From Squalus acanthias (Eukaryota): a stretch of 64,000 nt of DNA. The notes under the pieces were generated by a model. It saw only the letters and a program-made list of their open reading frames with translations. It was not told the origin of the DNA and did not search any database. The DNA lies in the NCBI GenBank assembly GCA_030390025.1, contig CM059431.1:116996001-117060000 (forward strand). The letters are read 5' to 3'. Below, piece by piece: positions 1-10,192 of this stretch. The first letter of the stretch is position 1. The number at the start of each line of letters is the position of its first letter. Position numbers and translations under genes: made by a program.

Positions 1-225
1 CACTGGCGCAAGAACTGCAGGAACCCTTGGAAGGAGTCCAGGGATAAAAATCCCGCAGTCCGATCCCAGGCGCATGTCTCTGATAGGGGAGCTGGTGTGC
101 CTATCCATCCCGATGCGATCGAATCAATGTTGGGAGCCATGCGCACCCTCATGATTTCGCAGGGAAGGGTGGCAGTCGCTACCGGCCCCGCATATGCCGC
201 AGCCCCGTCCAACAGTACCCAATGA
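1..225 (+). CDS. gag: Gag C-terminus (end of zinc knuckle), 5'-partial
   Basis: Frame 1 reads HWRKNC (H-X4-C end of a CCHC knuckle) and stays open to TGA at 223-225, in frame with pol. Confidence 0.75.
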   Translation, partial: HWRKNCRNPWKESRDKNPAVRSQAHVSDRGAGVPIHPDAIESMLGAMRTLMISQGRVAVATGPAYAAAPSNSTQ

Positions 226-3200
226 GTAGAACCCGCACAGTCCGTCTACCTGTGTCCGCTCAGCTATGATGCGTGGAAGCGACCCCTGGTGGAGATGGAG
301 GCAGAGAAGCAGAAGGGTAGTTATTTGTTGGACACGGGAGCTTCATGCACCGTGATTCATACGGATAGCCGCTTTGACTCACCGCTATCTACCAAGGTCC
401 CATACACATTAGCGGGGTTTACGGGAAAAGAGCAGGCTGGCGCGTTCTCCATTCCGCTCTCCATTCATTTAGGAGCACTCCACATCACGTGGAAGTGCAT
501 ACTGATGAAATGGCAAGAGGGGGGTGGGAGAGGCATCCTCGGATCAGATCTCCTATCGGAGCACGGGATCCTCGTGGACCTTAGGAATCACTGTCTCTGG
601 GGAGCTAAGGGTGGAAAAGGCAAGGTAGTGGCAATCCCGGGGAAGGAAGGTAAAGGGGCCCTGTGTACCATGAAGTCATCCGGAGGCTACGACCTCGGGC
701 TTATGGTCGCGGATATCCCAACGGACATGCAGACGTACGTGTCAGATAATATGCACGCGTTTGCAACCCACAAACACGATTGTGGGAGGGTTACCGGGTT
801 TGAGGTCAGCGTAAACGGGGACACCATGACCCGGCCCCAAAAGCAGTATAACTTCCCCAAAGAAGCAGAACCCGACATGGAGACAGCAATGTCCTCATTG
901 GTGCAGCAGGGCGTGTTGAGGCCAATAGCCACACACGTGAACTCCCCATTATGGCCGGTGAGAATGCCGGATAATTCGTGGAGGGCCACGGTGGACTACA
1001 GAGTCCTTAACAGTAACATTCCCGCCTGCGCGCCCACGGTAGCAGCAGTTGCTGACCTAATAGGGAGTATCCCAGCGTCCGCGACCACGTTCATGGTGCT
1101 GGATATCTCAAACGGTTTTTGGTCCATCCTGCTGCGGCGAGAGGACCAGTACAAGTTTGCCTTTACTTTTAAAGGACAACAGTACACATGGAACTGTTTG
1201 CCACAGGGTTTCCACAACAGCCCCAGTATTTTCCATCAGTGTATGGCAGGAAGTTTAAAGGAGTTTAGTCAGCCCAATCAGATAGTGCAGTACGTGGATG
1301 ATTTGCTCCTGTTCACGGACTCAAGGGAGGAGCATGGACCACTGCTAGCCGAGTTATTGGAGCTGCTAGCGAGAAAGGGTTTTAAAGTAAACCCTAAGAA
1401 AGCACGCATCGGTCAGCAGGAAGTAAAATTCCTGGGTCTGACCATTCGCGCTGGGGAAAGAGCCATAGATAAGGCTAGGAGGGAGTCGGTGCAGGAGTTA
1501 CCGATTCCCAACACGATAACGGGTGTGAGGTCCTTTCTGGGACTGACCGGTTACTGTCGAGACTTCATCGAGGTCTATGCGGCCACAGCAGCTCCGCTGC
1601 TCCGACTGCTCCATAAGGGAGTGGAGTGGTCTTGGGACGAGGGTTGCCAGGCAGCATTCGAGAAGTTAAAAAGGGATTTGCAGACCGCGCCAGCTTTAGG
1701 GGCCATAGATGGGGGGAAGGAGTTTTTCCTGGAGGTAGCTGCCAGCGGAGACAGCTTGAGCGGCGTGCTGCTCCAAGAGCGTCACGGCAAGCTGAGGCCG
1801 GTTGTCTATTCGACCAGGGTGTTAACGGATGTGGAGAGGAGTTTTACCAACTGCGAAAGGCATCTTTTTGCCACGCATTGGGCTGTGAAAAGATCAGCGC
1901 TCTTCACAGGGCTCTCTCCCATCACTCTCCTCACCCATCACACACCAACTAAGATGCTTCTAGATGGGAGGATTAAGGATGGGACCGTAAGCAGCGCTCG
2001 CATTGCGCGCTGGACCCTTCTCCTTTCCCAGATGGATCTTAGAGTTAAAGGTCTTTGCGAGCCCAGGCTTGCGGCCAACTTGGTATACCCCGGAACAGCC
2101 CACCGGTGTTCGGTAGAAGGGGTGTGGGAGGTCAACATAGGTTTGATGGCCGGGATACATCCCACAGGTCGCGAGCTTTATGTTGATGGTTGCAGCACAG
2201 TGTCCGCTGGCGAACGACTCACAGGGTGTGGAGTTTATGACCCTGCGGCAAACCTTGCCCTGGCGATTAAACTCCCCAGCACCATGAGCGCGCAGCAGGC
2301 TGAGCTGTCTGCGGTGGCGTACGTAGTGAACCACCCAGAGATCTTCCCAACCCCATACACGATTTTTTCGGACAGTATGGTTACGTGCAATTCGTGTACG
2401 GAATACCTGGCCATTTGGTCCCGCCGTGGTTACACCTCCGCGGACGGGCGACCTTTAACGGTGAAGCCCTTGCTGGAAAAGATCCTAGCAGCAGTGGGGG
2501 AGGAAGGGGAGATTTTCATCCATAAGATGAAAGCTCACTCCTCCACAGAGCCCCGTGGGGAGGGCAACCAGCAGGCGGATGCACTAGCCAGGGAGGGTGC
2601 CCGTAATGGCATTTTCTGGGACCCCTATGGACCCGGACCCGTGGCAGCGATCCAAGGCAGGGAAGGGAATCCCGGGAACACCAGGGTAGCACTGCCTCTA
2701 GACCTTAAGACCGTCCAGAACCAGGATCCCGCCCTAAAAGCAGTTCTCAGAACGATTACTGAGGGCAAGCAGGTAGAGGGCCCGTACAGTACGGCAACCC
2801 TCTCCGTTAAAGAAGGCATGCTGTTCCGCGAGGAACAGTGGGTTGTGCCGCAGCAGCACAGGAGGGAATTCCTCCAGTTGGGTCATGAGCGGCCGGGGGC
2901 AGGGCACCCCGGGCCCGAGGTTACCTGGTAATGGGTAGAGCAGGCGGGATGGTGGCCGGGACTCAGGGAGCAGATCCGCGAGTTCTGTGCAAACTGTCTC
3001 GTGTGCGCTGCAAACAACCCAGACCCCCAGAAAAGGAAAGTGCACATGGGGCACATCAGGAGGGTGGAGGGACCTTGGCCGTCGATACAGATCGATTACA
3101 TAGGGCCCCTGCCCACCACCCAGGGAGGCTACAAATACTGCCTCGTCTTGATGGATGTGTTTTCCAAATGGGTAGAAGCCTTCCCCTGTAGAACAGCTAC

Positions 3201-3579
3201 GGCACTGGGTACTGCTAAGATCTTGGTCCGGGAAGTGTTCTCGCGGTGGGGACTCCCCCGTTTCGTGGAGTCAGACCAAGGGAGTCATTTCACCGGCCAG
3301 GTGATGCAGAACACCCTCATGCTTTTGGGCATTGAAGGGAAGTGGCACGTAGCGCACAATCCCCAGTCATCCAGGATTGTTGAACGCATGAACCGGACCC
3401 TCAAGGAGAAGCTGAGGAAAGAGAGTATGAACTCGCCCCAAAAATGGGCGGAGGTTCTGCCTCTAGTCCTCATGGGAATCCGGGCCAGCCAGTCGAAGAG
3501 TACGGGGTATTCCCCGTACGAGGTGATGACTGGGAGAATCATGCAAACCCCCACCCATGTACTAGCCCCGGTGCTCACT
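226..3579 (+). pseudogene. pol: Pol part 1: aspartic protease, RT, degenerate RNase H (tether), RNase H, integrase zinc finger and catalytic core
   Basis: Protease LLDTGAS/ILGSDLL. RT LPQGFHNSP and YVDD (1291-1302). Tether FFLEVAAS..GVLLQ..RPVVYS. RNase H YVDG..SAQQAEL..FSDS..KAHS..GNQQADALA. Integrase HHCC and IDYIGP/SDQGSHF/VERMNRTLK. In-frame TAA at 2929-2931, after which the same frame continues (WVEQAGWWPGL..FCANCLVC). Confidence 0.95.
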
Positions 3580-6026
3580 TGTAAGGGGGTTCGCATGGCT
3601 CTGTGTTTAGCCTGGGTGCTAGTGCGGGGTTAGGCCTTGTTGCCTGTTCTGGTCTCCAGCCAGCCTGGTAGCACTAGACACCTGTGAGTGGTTCGACCCA
3701 CTCGCCCTTACGGTTCTGACACTGGACTTAGGTGCGAGAGCAATAATGCACAGAAAACTCAGGTAGACTCGGTTGAATAGTACGAAATGGAAAATCTTTA
3801 TTGCATATTGTTCAAGATTACGAAATACATGTCATAAGCACAGATTAATGACAGTACAAGCTTACATTCATTTAGGAAACTAGGTTTAGGGAAACGAGGA
3901 GCACACGACACATCGTAAAAGGGGACACACATTATAATTATCCTTAAAACAAAAACCCTCCCCTATCAATACCTGTCCTAATCTAGATCTGTAGGATTGA
4001 GGCTCATGCTCACCACTCGTGATAACTCGAAGAATTCCTAAACGCTGCTCGGATGTTTTCGCCACAGCACCTGAATATTCACGTGTTGATCAGTGTTCTC
4101 TGTACCCCACTTGTTTACTCGCTTTGCTCCGGCTAGCAGGCTGGACCATCTACTGTCATGAAGATCTGTGTTGACCTCGGAACTCTGATAAAACTCAAAG
4201 AAGAGTCTTCCTGTGCCCGACACCAGTTAGCCGGTAGAATTCAAAGAAGAGTCTTTCTGGATCGACACCAGTTCGATAAAATTCGAAGAAAAGTCTTCCT
4301 GCGTCAGTTCGTGCAGTAACCTATAGAGTTCAAAAATGGTCTATATATTTTCGGGCGCGGTCGGGGTTTACTGACCGCGGCGGCACATGCAGTCTTCTTC
4401 TTCTTCTTCTTGTCTTGTTTCATCTCGTCGGGCCTTCGTGTCCCTACACCGTCTACCGACCCTCGGGATGGTGTACCCGCTTACCGGCCTTCGCAGCCCA
4501 GCTCTTCACAGATCTTCGCGGCAAGCCACGAGGTTGACTCCTGGCAGATCAGCGGACCAAGAGCTCAGTAGGCCGCAAACGAGAGCCAGGGGTCGAATCA
4601 AGAGAGAGATGGACGTTTGTTTACTACAGTTATAGTACTGTAATTCTTTATCTCCCGCCCAATCTTAATGTTCATCTTTTGTCATGTTTTGGCGCTCAAA
4701 CTTCTTGTATGGGGTGGTACTTGTCGTTAATGGGTTTCGGTGATACTTGTAACTGTCTGAGTACCCGTTAATATTTCTCCCCTTGTGGAACCGGCTAGGA
4801 GTCTCCCTGGAGGGGTTTTGGGGGCCTCCGAATTCTTGCTGTGAGTACCCGCGAACGGCTCTCTCATCGTAGAGCCGTGGGGAATTTGCGTATCAATGTC
4901 TTTGGATGGGCCCCTTGATTGCCCAGTACAATAGCTCTCATTTGTACATGGAAAACCCGATTCCAGCACTTATATTCCTTGCTTGGTTGTTAAAAATGCA
5001 AAACAATCTCGTCTTGTCTTATCTCAATATGCTGAGTCCTGTCCGATCTTGCTGAAATGTGTATTGAAACGCCATCTTGTCTGCCTACTGAAAGTCTAGA
5101 ACCTTCTGCCACGAGGCGTGGCGGCCATTTTACAGGCTGCTTGTGTCCGTTTTGAAACCTGACAGCATTTTGCTGAAATAAAGCTGTTTTTACGAAACTG
5201 TATGGGGGAAAAATTCACCTGCTTGCGCCTCCCGTTAGCGCCTTAAGAGGGCGCTAATGGGGCGTAAAGCAGCTAACGCCCGGGCGCAGCGCCGCCCACG
5301 CCTCCCGAAAAATTTAGTGGGAGGTTAGCGGCGGCGGCAGCCGGTAGCGCCCTGTGGCGCTGCGCCGCCGGCGATGACGTCATCGCCGTGCGCAGCGCCC
5401 CGCTCGCGCCCCGGCCGTGATCTTCAGTCGCGCCCCCTGATTTACCGCCAGACGCTATGTCCGACGGGTTCAGGGGGGCGTACGTGCGGCCGGGGCGGCG
5501 ATATTTAAAGGGGAGGTGGCAGGCGGCCATTTTTGTTGCTGGCCGCCTGCCAGCACCTGCCCCCGTTGCTGTCCCCGGCCCCCGTGAAGCCCCCCCACCG
5601 TGAAGTGCCGGCTGCGCTCCAAGAGCCCGGCACTTCTCTTGAGTGCCGGGCTCTTTTGCCGGCACTCCCGATCCCCGGGGGCCCAGCTGGGCCCCGGTTC
5701 GCGCTGCGCAAGGCCCCTCCCCTTTAAGAAGGGGAGGAAGGCCTGCAATACCGCGGCGCGACGTGCCGCAGCGCATGGCGCTGCGGCACGTAGCGCCAGG
5801 ATATTCACTCGCAGCGCCCCAAGAGGGATGCGGGGTGCTTCCAGTTGCGCCCCGCTTCCCTCTTGGGGCGCAACCACTGAAGTTCCGGCGCGGGGCCGCT
5901 AATTTTTTCGGGGCGCTAAAAGTCACGCCCCGGCGAGGTTAGCGCCCCAAATGGGGCGCGACTCAATTTTTACCCCTATGTCTCTATCTCGTTATTTCGA
6001 AATCGCGATAATTTGCGAATTCTACA
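3580..6026 (-). mobile_element. Solo LTR of a related ERV family, inserted antisense into integrase (contains a MITE)
   Basis: TG..CA termini and 4-bp TSD CACT (3576-3579/6027-6030). The reverse complement aligns by eye with the 10193-11895 LTR at both ends and internally. Removing it restores the frame PVLT-EVQLQEVKW. Confidence 0.92.
5204..5976. mobile_element. GC-rich non-autonomous Harbinger-type MITE, copy 1
   Basis: TIRs gggggaaaaatt / aatttttacccc and 3-bp TSD TAT; near-identical to 13425-14167. Confidence 0.88.
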
Positions 6027-6030
6027 CACT

Positions 6031-7167
6031 GAGGTACAGCTCCAAGAGGTGAAATGGGACAAGTTTTTCCAGACCCTCTTGGAGCGCCTGAAGCAGGTTT
6101 ACGAGCAGGCGGTTGGGAACATGGGAAGACAGCATCAGGGCAATCGCCTGTTGCTGGAACCCCGTAAGAAGCAGGAGTGGGAAGTCGGAGATCAGTTCAT
6201 GGTTAGGAACTATACCAGAGTAGGGAGTTTGGAACCACTGTATATGGAACCCTACAGTATTGTAGATAAGGCGAGTCCCATGGTGTACGCCGTAAAGGTA
6301 CCTCGGCGCACGAAATGGTTCCACATTAACCAGTGCAAGTTGTATAAGCCGGGTGCACAGGGGCCAATCACAGGGGCCAAAACTGCGAGTGGGGACTCAC
6401 AGCCCAGGATAGGACAGCAGGGCACACAGACCGGTAAAGCAGCCTGCTTGAGGGGAGAGGACATTCTAGAAAAGTGTAGGATCTTTTCTTGGTGTTGGGA
6501 TTCAGATGAGGAAGAGCTCGAGGAGCTCGACCAAGGTAGTGACCCGATCGGAGAGGTGCTGGGGTCAGAGGACGAAAGTTTCGTCCTCGACTCAAGCTCA
6601 GGGGAGATAGGGGCTGCGAGTGGAGATCCACACAGGGTGGAATCGAAAACTGCAGATCCCGAGCCCAGGGGGGCGGAGCTAGGGGAGACGGAGCCAGCGG
6701 CTGTGGTAGGACCACAGGCCGTGACGGTGGAAGTCTCGGTACCCGGTCCGTCGGCCCTGGAAGTCTTGCCCTTGGGGGAGGTAGGGATTGCGAGTGGAGG
6801 ACCACATACTGGGCCAAGTAGGGTGGAACCAGAAACTGCAAATCCCGAGTTCAGGGGGGCGGAGCCAGGGGAGACGGAGCCAGCGGCTGTGGTAGGACCA
6901 CAGGCCGTGACGGTGGAAGTCTTGGTTCCTGGTCCGTCGGCCCTGGAAATCTTGCCCAATGTAGCCCTCCGTAGGTCAAGTCGGACACCCCAGCCCAGGA
7001 AGCCGTGGTCAAGTCCCCCGTACGCCCCCAGGCGTAAGTTCAAGGTCAAGGCAGCCCAGGGAGATCCCAGTCCCAGCGAAGCGGTGACAGGCTGCAGCAG
7101 ATCAAAGGAAGGGGTCAGTGCCCTCCCACCACTGGGAAAAGCTCATGGCAGCCTTCGCAGAATTTAG
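6031..7167 (+). pseudogene. pol: Pol part 2: integrase C-terminal (GPY/F-like) domain plus long acidic/proline-rich tail
   Basis: VGDQFMVR..LEPLYMEPYSIV..YAV..WFHINQCKLY, then a low-complexity tail with an internal duplication (6601-6774 / 6775-6957) and an LRRSSR motif. Confidence 0.88.
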
Positions 7168-7444
7168 GTAGGCCGCCCTGGGAACGGGCGGCGCTGTACA
7201 GTTTAAGTTTAGGATAAGTTTATAAGTTTAAGTTTAAGTTTTGTAAGTTTGGTAAGTTTGTAGTTTAATTTTAAAAGTAAATGGTAAAATGATGGGAGTT
7301 AGAGATAGGAATAGTTAAAGTCTATCCAGCATACATGTCGTTATACGTGAGACGAGGTCAAGGGACCCGCTCACCCTTCACAAAAGCCAGAGACTCTTGG
7401 GAGGCTGGCTACATCATTTTATCTGATCACAGGAACCAGGAAAG

Positions 7445-9796
7445 ATGGAAAGGATTCTGATAGTGCTCGCAACGATCGGATATGGATTGGCCTATCGGGG
7501 CCTCACCAAGGATGTCGTTGTGTTCGGTTGCTCCGGGGACACGGGCCCCATGGCGACGGATGGGACCGGGGAGCGAAAGGCTGAGGAGACCGCCACGTAT
7601 TTCCACAAGGGAAGGTGGCCGGGATGGCTGGGAACTAATTCAACGGAATACTCCAACGCATCCGGATTTGCCTACAAAGAGACCTCTTTACTGTGCCCCA
7701 GAGTGAGGATCATTGCACCCAGAATCAGCGTCACCGTCGGCAAAAGGATTTGTTTGACATGCAATGGGAAGGTCCCATTGAGCCGATGGTGGTGGTTACG
7801 GAAATTAAGCAAGACTATGAGAAATTTCTCGGTTGAGTGGGAGCGATTGGGTAACAACACCCATCGGACAATTACGGGGACTAACGGACAATTGAAAGTC
7901 TGTTGGGACAAATGGTGGGAACCGGATGAGGGAATATATGTTTGTATGTGGGGATCGAAGTACGCTTGCCCCAAGGGTATATCCATATTCTTCGTACACC
8001 AGTGGCAGGATAACGGAAAAGGGATGAGGTGGGATGTCAGCACCAAGGGGTGCGGAGCTCCATTCTCCCCGATCCCGGTAAACGCCACTGAACTCATCAC
8101 GCGCCCACGCAAGGCTCCGCCCACGATTCCGGTGGTTTTGGCTCAGAAGGAAGGGTGCCCTAAAACCACTAAGGGGCCCGGGAATGGTTTGATACTGGTC
8201 CCAACAGACCAGATACTATTTCAAGGGGTACATTACGCGGTGGCTTCGGTGATTCTAAATCTCACCGAGGTGCGTTTACCAGAGTGGTGCCCCAAAGAGA
8301 CGGAACAATTGTACCAGGTCCTGTTGACAAACATGTTCAGACAATTCTACGAGTTTGATTTTGCGGAGATTGACAAAACAAGCTTGTACACCACACCACA
8401 CGAAGTTTTGGGTCAGGTGGGGAGACAAAGAAGGGGTATTGTGAACGATATGTTCACTGCCTTTAATACAGGAACATCTGTGGTCAACGCTCTAGACAAC
8501 GTGGAGCCGCAGAACCAGATCAATGGTTTAAAAACACAATTAAAAAGCATCCTCACAAGCGAAAAAAAGGTAGTAGGGTCTGAGTTACATGAGGACCAGG
8601 CCATGACACTACACTTAAAGGAGATTATAGCAGAGCTGGAGAAGCATGCGAGACCGGTAAATGCCCTGATCAGGGAAGATCGGAACGCATCTGATCAAGC
8701 TTCGCAGAACGAGGTGTGCGTACTATACGGGGCGTGGTTACTGGGCGAGGGCCGCAGTAATTTGGAGGATTTAAAACAAGGTTTGGTCCCGTCCTGGATA
8801 AGTAACAAACACCTGCAGGCGCTCCACCCTTTTGAGAACGCATTAAGCCCGTGCCAGCTCAGGCTAGCCTCAGAGGCATAACCAAGCCCCGTGGACTGCG
8901 GACGGTCAAATCATACCATCATGGGTATAGTACTACGTATGCCGGTGTTGGGCGACACGGCAAAGCCCGCCCCGGTGTATCGGGTGGAGAACATTGGTGT
9001 CATTCAGGGGGGAGCCCACATTCGCTACGCAGCGGTCCCACCTTACGTCATCCGCTGGGAGCAAACGATGACAGGTACCGACCTATCGGGTTGTCGTGGC
9101 CGGGGAGCACACATAATCCTGTGTCCCCAGCACTTGAATGCCTTTTTAACACCACAATGTGGGTTCAGAACAGCTGACGCCAAGCCCATGAATTGCACCA
9201 TGGAGGCAATGACACAAGATCATGTGCCTCCGCAGGTGGCATACATAGGGGGTGGAACATATTGCGTTACCACTGCAGCGCAACACTACCAGCATGGAAA
9301 CCACAGCCGGTGTCCGGTGAGTGACAGCAGTTTCTGTTTTAAACCCAGGGCTGAAGTTCAAGTGGCACAACAGCGAATTGTCCTGATCCCTGAACCATCC
9401 ACTGTTCACCTTACAGTAAAAGAGAATTTCACCGACTTGCAGCGATTCGTCGCGCATTTCGGATACATCATTCCCCCTCTCGCTGAACACCTCACCAAGC
9501 TTTTGAAAGCCGTCGCGGTATCACAAAAACATTTTTACACCCTGGAACAGAAAACAGTAGAAATAGGGACAGAAATTTTGGACATAGTAATCCCACCGTG
9601 GTGGGATCTGTTCACCAATATTGAAGTTCCTCCATGGATCAGGATAGCCTCCCACATTTTGGTTGTGTGCCAAGTTATAATTGTAGTGTACCTATTGGTC
9701 GTGCACTGCAAGAGAGGCAAACGCCTCACAAAGCAGGAGAACACAGGGGAGTGGAGAGAACGTTACGTGCGCGTGAACGAGGAAAGCGCCGCGTAA
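7445..9796 (+). pseudogene. env: Envelope glycoprotein (class I fusogen, F-protein-like) with N-terminal Ig-like domain; one in-frame stop
   Basis: Signal peptide MERILIVLATIGYGLA, N-glycosylation sequons, furin site RQRR (8423-8434), fusion-peptide/heptad region, Cys-rich region, and TM segment ILVVCQVIIVVYLLVV followed by KRGKR. ORFs 7445-8881 and 8891-9796 are in the same frame, separated by TAA at 8879-8881. Confidence 0.9.
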
Positions 9797-10192
9797 ACGG
9801 CCAGGATGACGCCGCTCCATTTTACCATGTGTGTTTTGTAATTGATTGTTTAGTTATGTAGATGTGTAACTAAGTTTGGAACTTTGTATTTTAAAAGAGT
9901 TGTTTTGATTATTTTTTTCTTGTATAATAAAAACATGCATATACAGTTGGTGTGAGAGGCATCGGCCTGTTGCACCTGGAAGGCGTATACGCAATGTAAG
10001 TTCAAAGGCAATGCTGCCTACGGTTTGTCCAAGTTTAAACAATGTAATTTTCCCTGGGAAATGAGGACGGCATGGAGGCCATAGATAGTTTAAGTTAAGG
10101 GAATGTTTGGATGTGGAGAATCGGGATAATTTTGCTCACCACCACTTTTAATTGATACGATAAGCGGAGTTATTCGCATCAACAGGAGGGAC

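Noticed and set aside
2929..3001. Programmed frameshift or separate integrase ORF
   Set aside because: The same frame continues after TAA with the integrase zinc-finger sequence, so this is best explained as a nonsense mutation.
5273..5942. Multiple overlapping ORFs in the GC-rich MITE (also 13494-14133, 27789-28317, 30787-31293)
   Set aside because: High GC gives few stops in all frames; there are no protein motifs, and indels between copies do not respect a consistent frame.
8851..9177. Possible accessory ORF overlapping env, or a two-gene env
   Set aside because: Both env halves share a frame across a single TAA; the alternative-frame ORF has no recognisable features.
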